Below, in pieces: positions 1 through 10,215 of a stretch of DNA of 64,000 nt. The translations under genes were made by a program, and so were the position numbers. Where the stretch lies: contig CAYQDC010000001.1 of NCBI GenBank assembly GCA_964416205.1, positions 7,822 through 71,821 of the forward strand. Direction: 5' to 3'. A model generated the notes under the pieces. It had not been told where the DNA came from, searched no databases, and saw only the letters and a program-made list of their open reading frames with translations. Every line of letters starts with the position of its first letter. Position 1 is the stretch's first letter. The stretch is from an uncultured Acetobacter sp. (lineage in GTDB: Bacteria > Pseudomonadota > Alphaproteobacteria > RF32 > CAG-239).

Positions 1-821
1 TTCCGGGAGAGCTTGCACCGGAGCAACGCGCCGTTATGGCCATGCGTTACAGTCTGCTGAATAACGGCAAAAGGTTACGGCCGTTTTTGTTGCATGAAAC
101 TGCCCGTCTGTTTGGCGTTAGTTATGAAATAGCTTTGCCAGTAGCTGCATCGTTGGAAATGTTGCATACATATTCATTGATACACGATGATTTGCCAGCA
201 ATGGATAATGACGATTTACGTCGCGGCCGTCCGACTTGTCACAAAGCTTTTGACGAGGCCACGGCGATTCTTGCAGGCGATGGCCTACTAACGTATGCAT
301 TTGAGGTGTTAAATACGGCTCCTGTTAGCGATTCTAAAAAAGTTGAGTTGACTTTACTGTTGTCGCGTGCTGCCGGTGCTTTTAACGGTATGATAGCAGG
401 GCAAATATTGGATTTGTATACGGATATTCATCATAGAAATCCTGAAGAAATAATAAAGCATACCGAAGAGCTCAAAACCGGTTGCTTGTTGCGATATCCG
501 TGTGAAGCCGGAGCAGTTTTGGGCAACGCATCTTCTGAAGAGCGGGAAACTTTAATACGCTTTTCTCGCAACTTAGGCATTGCTTTCCAGATTACAGATG
601 ATATTTTAGATGTGATAGGCGATGAAAAAATTGTCGGTAAAACTCTACAAAAAGATAAAAAACAGCATAAACTGAATTTTGTTGGTATTTATGGAGTTGA
701 AAAGGCCAAAGGTCTGGCTGCTGACCTAATCGCCGAAGCCGAAAGCCTGTTGGCGACATTTAACCCACGGGCGGAGCGGCTAAAAATGTTGTCAAGATAT
801 TTTTTAACCAGAAACCGCTAA
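1..821 (+). CDS. ispA: polyprenyl diphosphate synthase (farnesyl/geranylgeranyl-PP synthase), 5'-truncated at window edge
   Basis: ORF 36..821 carries both polyprenyl synthetase Asp-rich motifs (LIHDDLPAMDNDDLRRGRP; FQITDDILD); reading frame open to nt 1 so true start is upstream of window. Confidence 0.8.
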   Translation, partial: PGELAPEQRAVMAMRYSLLNNGKRLRPFLLHETARLFGVSYEIALPVAASLEMLHTYSLIHDDLPAMDNDDLRRGRPTCHKAFDEATAILAGDGLLTYAFEVLNTAPVSDSKKVELTLLLSRAAGAFNGMIAGQILDLYTDIHHRNPEEIIKHTEELKTGCLLRYPCEAGAVLGNASSEERETLIRFSRNLGIAFQITDDILDVIGDEKIVGKTLQKDKKQHKLNFVGIYGVEKAKGLAADLIAEAESLLATFNPRAERLKMLSRYFLTRNR

Positions 822-920
822 AAGATAACCTTTTTCACATCAAAAAAGCTTGCCAAGCAGATAAAATTCTGTTATACTCAAACTATAAACAAAACAGAAT
901 TATTATAGGAGGAGTTGGCT

Positions 921-1334
921 ATGAGCAAGGAAAACAAAGAAAAGATAAATGGCGAAGAATTTGTTGTCGCTTTGGATAAGTGTCGCTCAACCAAAGATAT
1001 TTTTGAGCTGCTGGATAAAACAATGGATAGAGATACGATAAAAGATCGTTTAAAAAATGTGCGGGATTATGATTTGGTCGTGAACTTAAATGCCCAAGTA
1101 GCGCGGTTTAATGTTAAGGCTAATAAAAGAACATCACATCAGGATTGTGTCAATATGGCAGCGGATAAATATTTACAACTCAATAAAAATCGGCATATTC
1201 CATACTTTAAAGCTCAACTTAACCAATACATAACCTATAAAGAAAAGGGAATAGAAAAAGTAAAAAAACAGGAAAAAACAGCAAAAGAGCTATCGGTAAT
1301 AGCAACTCGCAATAAAATGATGGCACAAAGATAA
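921..1334 (+). CDS. hypothetical protein (lysine-rich, 137 aa)
   Basis: ORF with AGGAGG (907-912) 8 nt upstream of ATG 921; no recognisable motifs. Confidence 0.5.
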   Translation: MSKENKEKINGEEFVVALDKCRSTKDIFELLDKTMDRDTIKDRLKNVRDYDLVVNLNAQVARFNVKANKRTSHQDCVNMAADKYLQLNKNRHIPYFKAQLNQYITYKEKGIEKVKKQEKTAKELSVIATRNKMMAQR

Positions 1335-1368
1335 ACTGAACGTAATAAAATTCATTATACACAAAAAA

Positions 1369-1391
1369 CATCCCCGCTGTACAGTGGGGAT
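1369..1391. terminator. bidirectional rho-independent terminator-like hairpin between convergent genes
   Basis: ATCCCC-gctgtacagt-GGGGAT stem-loop followed by GTTTCG; sits between + ORF ending 1334 and - ORF ending 1453. Confidence 0.45.
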
Positions 1392-1452
1392 GTTTCGATA
1401 ACATAAACAAATTTTTTAAAGAAAAGGCTCTATTAAACAATTTTGTTGAAAT

Positions 1453-1683
1453 TTAATCTCTAAAAATCCTTGCTAAATTATTCGATGTGCCGTCGGTCGA
1501 TGTATCTTCTCCTAATATAAAGCCGATTTTAGTTATTGAACGATAATCGGGAACAATTTTTTGAATATCTTTTTTATCTATGGCAATTTCAGGGATTTTA
1601 CCATTTTTGATACAGTCAGCAATGGCGGATTTTTTAATTCCATAACAGTCAAATTCTCTCAGATATTTTATAAATAATACCAT
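1453..1683 (-). CDS. small hypothetical protein (76 aa) translationally coupled to upstream 345-aa gene
   Basis: ATG at 1683 lies 1 nt after stop (1685-1687) of upstream gene on same strand; longer ORF 1453..1839 overlaps the upstream gene and is probably not the real start. Confidence 0.3.
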   Translation of the reverse strand: MVLFIKYLREFDCYGIKKSAIADCIKNGKIPEIAIDKKDIQKIVPDYRSITKIGFILGEDTSTDGTSNNLARIFRD

Positions 1684-1684
1684 A

Positions 1685-2722
1685 TTATTTATCTCTGCCA
1701 GAAAGTTTTTGCCGAATGATGTTAATATCAACAGATACTCCCGAAGGTGTGGAAACTGTATTTTGAACATTACGTATTTGAGGCGTATCTTGCTGATTAT
1801 CAAGTTGTTTAGCTTGATAATTTTGAGTCTCCTTCTCAATTAATGATGGAATATCGATTATGGTTGTCGGGCGGTCTTTGAAAAACTTATGATCTTTGAC
1901 GTCGTTATTAAAACCGATAAACTGCGGAGTTCCGTTTTCATCATTGCCGTTATACATCATCATATGACCGTTACCTTGGGCGTTTCTTCCTTTTATTATA
2001 ATCAGGCTTCCAGGCTTAAATTTTTTAATATCGTCTAAAAGAGATTGGGAAGAATGTACTTGCTCGGGGGGTTTCTTTTTTAAGTGTTCGGTAAACGTAT
2101 GCGGATGGGCAACTGTTTCGGCATCTTTCGGTAAGAAGGAAAATCCGCCATAATAGTATTTTAACTCGTAAAGAGGGTAAGTTAAAGATTTGGTGCAATA
2201 ACCATGATCCAAATCGGTGTTAAGTGAAGAATCTTTAATCTGTTGTGTCACTTGTGCGGTGTGAAAGCTGTTGGTAATGGCTCGGTTGACAATTGCCGGA
2301 GTAACAGCTTTATCTATAAGCAAATCACGCGTAACTTGTTGGTTTATTTGTTCTTGGTTGTCTTTCAAAAAATCTTGCGCTTTAATTTTATATTCTTTTT
2401 GAATTTCAGGAGCCGCATTTTTATAGCAAGATATTTTTTCGGCTTCGTGGCTACCGGGCAAAATTGCACTTAATGCTACCTGATAGCTTAAGTTATTTAT
2501 GGTTTCGAGTGAGCAAAGCTTATTAACATTGTCTTTATCAATATGAATAAAGGTAAACTCGCGAATATCTTGATCATTATCTTCTATCGTAAAAAAATAA
2601 CCTCCTTTGCCGTCTGATTTCGCACTTTCTTTGGCTTTGGCTATTTTAACAAGTAAACTATTGATATTGGAATTTACCATATCAATATATTTGTTTTGTA
2701 TATCTCGAAAATCTATTTCCAT
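1685..2722 (-). CDS. hypothetical protein (345 aa), possible Cys/His hydrolase-like C-terminal region
   Basis: Long ORF; conserved-looking Cys (DHGYCTKS) and His (GNGHMMMY) separated by ~70 aa reminiscent of papain-like/CHAP arrangement (weak, by eye only). Confidence 0.5.
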   Translation of the reverse strand: MEIDFRDIQNKYIDMVNSNINSLLVKIAKAKESAKSDGKGGYFFTIEDNDQDIREFTFIHIDKDNVNKLCSLETINNLSYQVALSAILPGSHEAEKISCYKNAAPEIQKEYKIKAQDFLKDNQEQINQQVTRDLLIDKAVTPAIVNRAITNSFHTAQVTQQIKDSSLNTDLDHGYCTKSLTYPLYELKYYYGGFSFLPKDAETVAHPHTFTEHLKKKPPEQVHSSQSLLDDIKKFKPGSLIIIKGRNAQGNGHMMMYNGNDENGTPQFIGFNNDVKDHKFFKDRPTTIIDIPSLIEKETQNYQAKQLDNQQDTPQIRNVQNTVSTPSGVSVDINIIRQKLSGRDK

Positions 2723-2856
2723 TTAACAACAATCCTACAAACCAATATACTTAAATATAGCATAAATTAGCGGCCGTGTAAACTATAAATTTGTTTTCAG
2801 AACAAAAGGTAATTTCAACAAAATTGTTTAATAGAGCCAAAGAAAATTAAAAAACA

Positions 2857-3513
2857 CTATTCAATACAGCAGTCAACCGCCTTGCGTACAAACATCTTCA
2901 TTTTTGCAAAAGCTGTTTGCGTTTCGTTGGTCTGTTCTACCTTGGAAGATGCAGAAACATCATTGCCGTCAGAAACTTTGGCAGATTTATCGTCGGTTTT
3001 ATCTTTAGCATCTGTATCCCTAAGCACGAGTCCTGCCGTTGTTACTTTCTCGCTAATTTTTTTTATATCGGCAACATTGTCTTCAATCCACTTGACATCG
3101 TTAACATTAAGCATATTCATATTCAGTCCCCAAAACAGGCAATAAAGATCATAAGCCTTGTTAAACATGTCATAAGCCTGTTCTTTATTGCCGAGGCTCT
3201 GTTGCTTGGTGCCAACTTCCATCAGCCGCATGGAGCTGGCCAGCAAATGCTTGGAAATGCACCACACTTCTCCTTCATAAGAAGGAATAATTTTCATCAT
3301 CAGCTTTTTGCGCGTTTCACGAATGTCTTCAATCAGATCATAAAAAGAGTTTTTGCCGGTTTTAGCACCGGAAAATACTAGATGTTCTTCAATGGAAATA
3401 AGATTCATTATAGCAATCGTTAAATCTTGGTCGGAAGACAAATCCTTCGGATTGACTTTTTTGGTTGCATCAATACGTTCTACAAATTCTTTAACGTTTT
3501 CTGCTTTTTTCAT
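2857..3513 (-). CDS. hypothetical protein (218 aa) with acidic/low-complexity C-terminus
   Basis: Long ORF, no motif recognised. Confidence 0.45.
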   Translation of the reverse strand: MKKAENVKEFVERIDATKKVNPKDLSSDQDLTIAIMNLISIEEHLVFSGAKTGKNSFYDLIEDIRETRKKLMMKIIPSYEGEVWCISKHLLASSMRLMEVGTKQQSLGNKEQAYDMFNKAYDLYCLFWGLNMNMLNVNDVKWIEDNVADIKKISEKVTTAGLVLRDTDAKDKTDDKSAKVSDGNDVSASSKVEQTNETQTAFAKMKMFVRKAVDCCIE

Positions 3514-3531
3514 CTCATTTCTCCTCTATAG

Positions 3532-4062
3532 TTATATATTACTCAAATCAGGTAATACCGGTGTACAAAGTTGCATATAGGAAAATAACCACGACAGCAA
3601 CACCAAGGAGGTCACTGGTACAAATACTTTTTCAAACGGAAAATGTGCATGTCCATCATTCTTTTTTTTCATCCATTGATAAAAATCGGAAGAATATTTC
3701 AACAGCAGCGCACCACAAATGGTTGCAAATAAAAACGGATCAATCCAGAAAATCAAGATAGGTTTCGGCATATAAACAAGATGCGAAATATAAATAAACC
3801 CGATCATAGCCACCGACAGCGTTAGCACCAGAAAATTACGTCCCTTAAATTGCCAGCTTTTCTTTTCCATCCATTTCAGCGTCCAAAAGCCGATCAGCAT
3901 TAAAAAAGCACCAGACCATACCGCGACCACACTGTCATCAACGCCAAGTCGTCGCGCAATTTCAAGTGAGGCCCCCACGGCAACCGTACAAACCGCACAT
4001 GCAGGATTTGCCAAAGCTTTCAAACTGAAAAAACAAAGCAGTAAAACTGATAAAAACAACAT
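3532..4062 (-). CDS. hypothetical integral membrane protein (176 aa)
   Basis: Several hydrophobic helices; signal-like N-terminus. Confidence 0.45.
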   Translation of the reverse strand: MLFLSVLLLCFFSLKALANPACAVCTVAVGASLEIARRLGVDDSVVAVWSGAFLMLIGFWTLKWMEKKSWQFKGRNFLVLTLSVAMIGFIYISHLVYMPKPILIFWIDPFLFATICGALLLKYSSDFYQWMKKKNDGHAHFPFEKVFVPVTSLVLLSWLFSYMQLCTPVLPDLSNI

Positions 4063-4149
4063 CTTTTCCTCAAAAAAACAATTTTAAACTAGTATCGTCG
4101 ATATATAAAGCAATGTCAAATCTTTTTTAAGGCTTATAAGCAACAAGAA

Positions 4150-5664
4150 TTATTCTTTTCTGGCTTCCGGTTGGTGTTTTCGCGACAAGTATTGCCAAAA
4201 GATGTCGCTTCGGTATTTTTTTGCAGTAAATTGATGATTGGCATCCCAGCCGAAAACCGGCATTCGCACAAAAGATTGGTTAAGCGTATGTATTTGGTCG
4301 GCAACAACATTAAGTCGTCCGAGTCGATGGGTAAAATATACGCCACGGTAAAATTCTGTTAGCGGCGTCGTCGCACCGATCAGCAATAAAATAGTCAACA
4401 GCGTCCGTCGAAACACGTTTCGATGTTCTGAAAAGCTGGTTATCAAAAAGCGGATAGCATACACACAAAGCACTATAAGCGACGGAATGGATGCGCGCAT
4501 GCAGAAATTATTTTGTTGATCCAGCCGGAAAAAGGGAATGATGCAAAGTGTCACCACGGCCATTGCAAAAAACAAATGTTTATGGTATGTAGGCGCCAGC
4601 AAAGCTGCAATTAGCAAAAATTCAAGCAACATAAAAATAAGTAGTCGCATTGGCGTTGTATAGTCAAAGATATACCAGAGCTTGTCCATCCCTTCCGAAT
4701 TGGTGATGAAATAAAGCACAAAGACCGGCAACAGCCAAAAAACACCGATAAGATTGGGAATGGAAAAAATCTCCACGACTAAAAAGCTTTTTTTGTCGCC
4801 ACTTCGCAAAAAGGTCTGCCCCGCGTAGGCAATGGTAAAAATTCCGATTCCTGCCGCCGGATAAGGAGCAAAAAACAGCGTCATCGCCACCAGAAAGCCA
4901 AAGTTCCGGATGTTTCGTTCATTATATATCAATAGCGTCACAAGTGCCACAGGAATAAATTGATTGAATACCCAAAACAGGCATGTCGTCAGCGATGAAT
5001 ATTGGATAAAAGTCGCCCACCAGTCCAAATGAAGGACAAAAGGCTGTTCCACGACTTTAAAGAAGAGAATACCGATAATATCCATGCCTGAAAAAAAGAT
5101 AAATACAATAACCGCTGATGCCAGTTTTTTCCAAGAACCAGTGCGTGTCGCCACCACCAGCAGGGCCAAAATCAATATTACTCCGGCAACGGCATAAACA
5201 TAAAGCCAGATATTTGCCAGATAAAAATTCCAATAGGCATTTTGGATAAAAGTCGCGCTGATTTTGCCAAATAATGCTGGTAATAGCCAAAAACCCATAT
5301 AATAAACTAGGGGCGTATCGGCTTTATCATAAAAAACCGGCCATGAATAATTAATAAGATCGCGAAAAACCGCATTACGAAAATGGTAGTCAAAAGATTG
5401 ATAATAAAAATAACCGATTCCAGCCAAAAAGCACCATATTGTTGCCACAACCGTTAAAAAGAATAAAAAACGCCACGGCAGTCGCCAGTTTTTATTTACC
5501 GTTTCGTCTGCAGTCGCGCAAATCTTATACAAACCAACTGTCGTCAACATAATAAGCACAAAGGCTGCGACGTAATTTAACCAGCCTGCAAAAAAAACAA
5601 TCATAGGCAGCGCCAGATAAACATAAGTGGCGCGATAAAGCGTTTTCAAACAGATACCATTCAT
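4150..5664 (-). CDS. large polytopic membrane protein (504 aa), aromatic-rich, unknown function
   Basis: About 12 or more hydrophobic segments; long ORF. Confidence 0.55.
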   Translation of the reverse strand: MNGICLKTLYRATYVYLALPMIVFFAGWLNYVAAFVLIMLTTVGLYKICATADETVNKNWRLPWRFLFFLTVVATIWCFLAGIGYFYYQSFDYHFRNAVFRDLINYSWPVFYDKADTPLVYYMGFWLLPALFGKISATFIQNAYWNFYLANIWLYVYAVAGVILILALLVVATRTGSWKKLASAVIVFIFFSGMDIIGILFFKVVEQPFVLHLDWWATFIQYSSLTTCLFWVFNQFIPVALVTLLIYNERNIRNFGFLVAMTLFFAPYPAAGIGIFTIAYAGQTFLRSGDKKSFLVVEIFSIPNLIGVFWLLPVFVLYFITNSEGMDKLWYIFDYTTPMRLLIFMLLEFLLIAALLAPTYHKHLFFAMAVVTLCIIPFFRLDQQNNFCMRASIPSLIVLCVYAIRFLITSFSEHRNVFRRTLLTILLLIGATTPLTEFYRGVYFTHRLGRLNVVADQIHTLNQSFVRMPVFGWDANHQFTAKKYRSDIFWQYLSRKHQPEARKE

Positions 5665-5806
5665 ATTTCCTCCGACATTTGCCTTTTTACCATTAAAACT
5701 GGAAACCTACGATGTCTGGGCATATATTTTCGTTTCAACAGCATCATTGGACAGGCAGTCCGGTGCATAAGAGCATCACGTTACTTGCTCATACCCATTT
5801 TAGATC

Positions 5807-6802
5807 TCAAGGCTTCTGCCTTGCATTTTTCTTTTCCTTAAAAAGCGATAGAACAATGCCACCGAAAAGCAGGGAGAACGTTACCGTCAGTGAATGCCAT
5901 GTTTCCAGCTCAAGTCCAATTTTTGGCAGAAAAATCTTCAACCCGATAAAAATCAACACAATAGACAACGCATGCTTGAGGTAGACAAAACGATGAACGG
6001 CAGCTTCCAGCAAGAAGTATAGCGCTCTAAGACCGAGAATAGCAAAAATATTGCTAGTGTAAACGATAAACACATCATCGGTCAGAAGGAAAATTGCCGG
6101 AATACTGTCCAGAGCAAAAACCACATCCATCAATTCAATTATAATCAACGCAAACAACAGCGGTGTAATATAATGTTTGCCACCTTTTTTCGTAATAAAA
6201 TGTGCCCCGTCTATTTCATGCGTTACAGGAAAATACTTTTCAACAAAACGGTAGATGGAGCTACTTTTAATATTATCTTCCGTATTTTCTTCTTTGTTGT
6301 CTTTTTTCAGGCTGTGTATGGCTATTTTGGCTCCGGTATAGATAAGGAACGCCGAAAAGATGTATAAAACCCAATGGAAGTTTTTAATCAAAACATCCCC
6401 AACACCGATGAGTAGCGCCCGCATAACAATCGCCCCCAAAATACCCCAGAACAGAACCCGATGTTGGTAAATGCGCGGCACACCAATACTGGTAAATATA
6501 ATGGACATCACGAAAATATTGTCCATGGACAAGCTTTTTTCCACCAGAAACCCAGTAAAATACTCCATTGCCTTGTTGGTACCCTCTTCATACCAGACAA
6601 AAAAACCGAACAGCAGTCCGGCACTGATATATGCTACACAGACCCATAGCGTATGAGCAAAACTTGGAACTTCGTTTTTGCGGTTAAAAACGCATAAGTC
6701 CAAAAAAAGTAAAACCATTACGGCAACACCAAAACAAACCCACATGAACTCTTGCGACAAAACAACATGGTGTATAAACAGATATTGTAATTTTTCTAAC
6801 AT
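5807..6802 (-). CDS. TerC-family integral membrane protein
   Basis: Motifs EKSLSMDNIFV and ELMDVVFALDSIPAIF typical of TerC/Alx family; start chosen at ATG 6802 (GGAAGGA RBS) to avoid overlap with galE. Confidence 0.7.
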   Translation of the reverse strand: MLEKLQYLFIHHVVLSQEFMWVCFGVAVMVLLFLDLCVFNRKNEVPSFAHTLWVCVAYISAGLLFGFFVWYEEGTNKAMEYFTGFLVEKSLSMDNIFVMSIIFTSIGVPRIYQHRVLFWGILGAIVMRALLIGVGDVLIKNFHWVLYIFSAFLIYTGAKIAIHSLKKDNKEENTEDNIKSSSIYRFVEKYFPVTHEIDGAHFITKKGGKHYITPLLFALIIIELMDVVFALDSIPAIFLLTDDVFIVYTSNIFAILGLRALYFLLEAAVHRFVYLKHALSIVLIFIGLKIFLPKIGLELETWHSLTVTFSLLFGGIVLSLFKEKKNARQKP

Positions 6803-6842
6803 TTTTTCCTTCCAAAAAGAAACCCCAATAGGTCTTCCATTT

Positions 6843-7817
6843 TTATATGCCGAACGGTTGCTCCAAATTCCATATGGTTTGAATAATTTCTTCAACATCC
6901 GTATATCTGGCCTGCCATCCGAGAAACTCTTTAGCCTGATTGGCGCTGGCTGTCAATATGGCGGGATCGCCGGCACGCCGCGGTGCATAGTCATAATTGA
7001 GCTTTTGGCCGATAACTTTTTCAGCGGCTTCAACAACCTCCCTTACGCTACTCCCCTTTCCTGTACCGAGGTTGACCGTAAAAGAAGCGTTGTCTGTGAC
7101 AAGTTTTCTGAGCGCAAGCGTATGTGCTTTTGCCAAGTCGGAAACGTGTACATAATCGCGGATACAGGTTCCGTCTGGCGTATCATAATCATTGCCGAAA
7201 ATAGAAAATTTCTCCCTTTTTCCTATAGCAACTTCCATAATAACCGGCATCAGGTTTTGAGGATTTTTTTCTTTGCCACGAATAGAACCGTCCGCTGCAT
7301 AGCCGACAGCGTTAAAATAGCGCAGGGCTGCATAATCAAGCTTTCCCAGTTGCGCATACCAGCGCATATTCTCTTCGATGATTGCTTTTGTATAACCATA
7401 ATAATTAATAGGGCAAATGGGATGCTTCTCATTAACCGGTATATACTGTGGTATACCGTAAACGGCAGCAGAAGAAGAAAAAACGATATGGCGCACACCA
7501 TAGGTCACCATCGCGTTAAGAACGTTGATAGAGCCACAGATATTATTTTCTGCATATATTTCAGGGCAGAGCATAGATTCGCCGACAGCTTTTTTTGCCG
7601 CCAGATGGACAACACCATCAATATTACGCCCCATCGCCACATTCAGTGCATCTTTGTCAAGAATGCAACCGCGGATAAATTCAGTCTTAGGCAATAAATT
7701 AATCTCAGAGCCTGTAGAAAGATCGTCAAAGACAACAACATCAAAGCCTTCTTCTAACAGTTGCTTTTGCACATGACTGCCAATATAACCGGCGCCACCG
7801 ATAACCAAAATCTTCAT
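6843..7817 (-). CDS. galE: UDP-glucose 4-epimerase
   Basis: N-terminal Rossmann MKILVIGGAGYIGSH, YxxxK region and full-length similarity pattern of GalE; start at 7817 rather than ORF-track 7898. Confidence 0.9.
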   Translation of the reverse strand: MKILVIGGAGYIGSHVQKQLLEEGFDVVVFDDLSTGSEINLLPKTEFIRGCILDKDALNVAMGRNIDGVVHLAAKKAVGESMLCPEIYAENNICGSINVLNAMVTYGVRHIVFSSSAAVYGIPQYIPVNEKHPICPINYYGYTKAIIEENMRWYAQLGKLDYAALRYFNAVGYAADGSIRGKEKNPQNLMPVIMEVAIGKREKFSIFGNDYDTPDGTCIRDYVHVSDLAKAHTLALRKLVTDNASFTVNLGTGKGSSVREVVEAAEKVIGQKLNYDYAPRRAGDPAILTASANQAKEFLGWQARYTDVEEIIQTIWNLEQPFGI

Positions 7818-7890
7818 AGATAATATCCTTAAAATACTAAAGACGATTTTGCTTAGCATGACGTCATAAAAAATAAAAGCCATTTCAGAA

Positions 7891-7949
7891 TTATCCACAT
7901 AATACGGAGTCGACGGATATTTACAGGCTTTTTATCCACATTATTCACA
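7891..7949. promoter_or_regulatory. cluster of DnaA boxes upstream of dnaB
   Basis: Two perfect TTATCCACA (7891-7899, 7932-7940) and one TTATTCACA (7941-7949). Confidence 0.5.
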
Positions 7950-8029
7950 GTGGGTTGCCTTTGTTCGTGCATTTTTGCAAAGATTGTTTCATAACCCAAA
8001 GAAAAGATAGGAAAGGATTCTGATAAAAG

Positions 8030-9502
8030 ATGGAAGAACTGGACATAACGCAATTACCACGCAATATAGAAGCCGAACAGGCTTTAATCGGTGCATTGCT
8101 GGCAAACAACAGGGCTTATGAAAAAATATCTGACTTTTTACGGCCAGAGCATTTTTCTGATCCGATTCATGCCCAAGTTTATGAAGTGATGACCAATTTG
8201 ATCGTCCGCGGGCGTGTCGCCGACGTTATTACGCTGAAAAATTATTTCGAACAGAACGGAACCCTTAACGATGTTGGTGGCATTGCCTATTTGGTAAAAT
8301 TGTCAGAAGCCTCGTCGCCGTTGACAAATATTGAATATTACGCCCGTTTTATATACGATAAGTATCTGCGTCGCGAGTTGATTTCTACCGGCTACGATAT
8401 CGCCAGCGAAGCGATGAGTGAAAATCTGGAAGAAAGTACGACTCAGCAGATTGAAAACGCTGAAAAGCGCTTGTTCAATCTAGCCATGCACGGTGACGGG
8501 CAAAAAGGCTTTCAAGATTTCGGAACAACTTTAAGAGCAACGTTGGAACAAATAGAAAAATCATATCAGAAGGAAGGACGCATTTCCGGATTGCCGACCG
8601 GTTTGGATGAATTGGATCTCCGCACCGGCGGTTTAAACAATTCCGACTTGATTATTCTGGCCGGTCGTCCAGCAATGGGTAAGTCCGCCCTGGCAATGAA
8701 CATTGCTTATAATGTAGCGGAATATATGTCCCAAAATACCGGGATAGAGCCGCAAGATAAAGGCGTTGCGATCTTTTCGTTGGAAATGTCGGCTGAGCAG
8801 CTGGCGGCGCGTATTCTTTCCAGTATCACCGAAACCCCGGGCAATAAGCTGCGTAACGGTAATTTGGAAATGGAGGAATTTCAGCGCATTATCGGTGCTG
8901 TAAATGAATATCAAAAGCTACCACTGTATATAGATGATACACCGGGAATCAATATTAATACGATTCGCACCCGTGCTCGCCGTCTGAAAAGAACCAACGG
9001 CCTGGGGCTGATTATCATTGATTACATCCAACTGATAAGCGGTTCTAGCGATAAGAAGAGTGAAGGTAACCGCGTGCAGGAAGTATCTGAAATTTCCCGC
9101 GGGCTTAAGATTTTAGCCAAAGAGCTGGGGGTTCCAGTCATTGCCTTGTCACAGTTAAACCGCGGCCTTGAACAACGTGATGACAAGCGCCCATTGATGT
9201 CTGACTTGCGCGAGTCTGGATCTATTGAACAGGATGCAGATATCGTCATGTTTGTTTTTCGTGAAAATTATTATATTCACAATGCTGAGCCGAAACAAAA
9301 CATGGGAGAAACAGACGAGCACTTTATCAAGCGCACCGAAGAGTGGCAGAAAAAAGATCGAGAAACGGAGCATCTGGGTGAAGTGATTATTGGCAAACAT
9401 CGACACGGTTCCACTGGAACAGTCAAGCTGTTTTGGGATGCTGCATATGCCCGTTTCAGCAATCTAGCACCAGAAGATCACCTGCCAGAACAACGAGGAT
9501 AA
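8030..9502 (+). CDS. dnaB: replicative DNA helicase
   Basis: N-terminal DnaB domain (PRNIEAEQALIGALL), Walker A GRPAMGKSA, Walker B IIIDYIQL, 490 aa. Confidence 0.95.
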   Translation: MEELDITQLPRNIEAEQALIGALLANNRAYEKISDFLRPEHFSDPIHAQVYEVMTNLIVRGRVADVITLKNYFEQNGTLNDVGGIAYLVKLSEASSPLTNIEYYARFIYDKYLRRELISTGYDIASEAMSENLEESTTQQIENAEKRLFNLAMHGDGQKGFQDFGTTLRATLEQIEKSYQKEGRISGLPTGLDELDLRTGGLNNSDLIILAGRPAMGKSALAMNIAYNVAEYMSQNTGIEPQDKGVAIFSLEMSAEQLAARILSSITETPGNKLRNGNLEMEEFQRIIGAVNEYQKLPLYIDDTPGININTIRTRARRLKRTNGLGLIIIDYIQLISGSSDKKSEGNRVQEVSEISRGLKILAKELGVPVIALSQLNRGLEQRDDKRPLMSDLRESGSIEQDADIVMFVFRENYYIHNAEPKQNMGETDEHFIKRTEEWQKKDRETEHLGEVIIGKHRHGSTGTVKLFWDAAYARFSNLAPEDHLPEQRG

Positions 9503-9508
9503 ACAGAA

Positions 9509-9904
9509 GTGTCTGCCACAAAACATCCTAATCTCAACCGCAAATATACGACGGAAGAATGGGAAAGTATCTGTTGCCACTGTGGTAAATGCTGTTTGAT
9601 AAAGTTAGAAGATACCGACAGCGGTGAAGTATATTATACCGACGTAATATGCCGTTATTTCGACGAAGAAAAAATGTGCTGTTCGGTATATGAAAAACGT
9701 TGTGAACTCGTACCAGCATGTCTTAAACTGTCGCCAGATAATGTAGATAAACTAGTCTGGATGCCAAAGACATGTGCTTACCGCAAGTTATTTGAAAACA
9801 AGTTTTCCTCTACCAATACCACTGTAAAGGGGAGGAGCATTAGGGAAACAGACGTATCTGAAGACGAATTGGAAGACCATATTGTTGACTGGGAAGATTT
9901 GTGA
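9509..9904 (+). CDS. YcgN/UPF0260-like cysteine-rich protein
   Basis: CCHCGKCCL ... CR.F ... WxPKTCAY pattern; ends DWEDL. Confidence 0.65.
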   Translation: MSATKHPNLNRKYTTEEWESICCHCGKCCLIKLEDTDSGEVYYTDVICRYFDEEKMCCSVYEKRCELVPACLKLSPDNVDKLVWMPKTCAYRKLFENKFSSTNTTVKGRSIRETDVSEDELEDHIVDWEDL

Positions 9905-10040
9905 TGTGTAAGACCGGCATTTTTTCTGGGGCATGGTAATTTCAAGTCAGCGCTCTTGTTGCTTGACCAGTAAGGATATCAGGTTTCATTTTTTTTAATT
10001 TCCATCTGCAAGTAATTTTTATCGGCAATATTAATTAGAG

Positions 10041-10089
10041 ACTTGTCTGTCCGCAAAACCTTAGTTTTTTGCAACAGCTTTCAGACAAG
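10041..10089. terminator. nested inverted repeat (terminator-like) between the two YcgN-like paralogs
   Basis: CTTGTCTG...CAGACAAG outer stem with inner GCAAAA/TTTTGC stem and T-run. Confidence 0.35.
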
Positions 10090-10215
10090 ATCAAATCCTC
10101 GGCAGTGTGGCTTATGGTACATATTCTGTAATTCATATTATTTCCTTTACAAGAGTACATAACACAGATAATATACCATAAGATTTAAATAAAAACACTG
10201 ATTTAAGAGTTTGCC

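Noticed and set aside
118-300. 60-aa ORF antisense within the ispA-like gene
   Set aside because: Fully embedded in a well-supported coding region on the other strand; no RBS.
2882-3381. Two + strand ORFs (87 and 154 aa) overlapping 2857..3513
   Set aside because: Antisense shadow ORFs of the longer minus-strand gene; low-complexity translations.
7818-7898. ORF-track 5' extension of galE (start at 7898)
   Set aside because: Rossmann motif begins at MKILVIGG (7817). The extension overlaps DnaA boxes in the dnaB leader.
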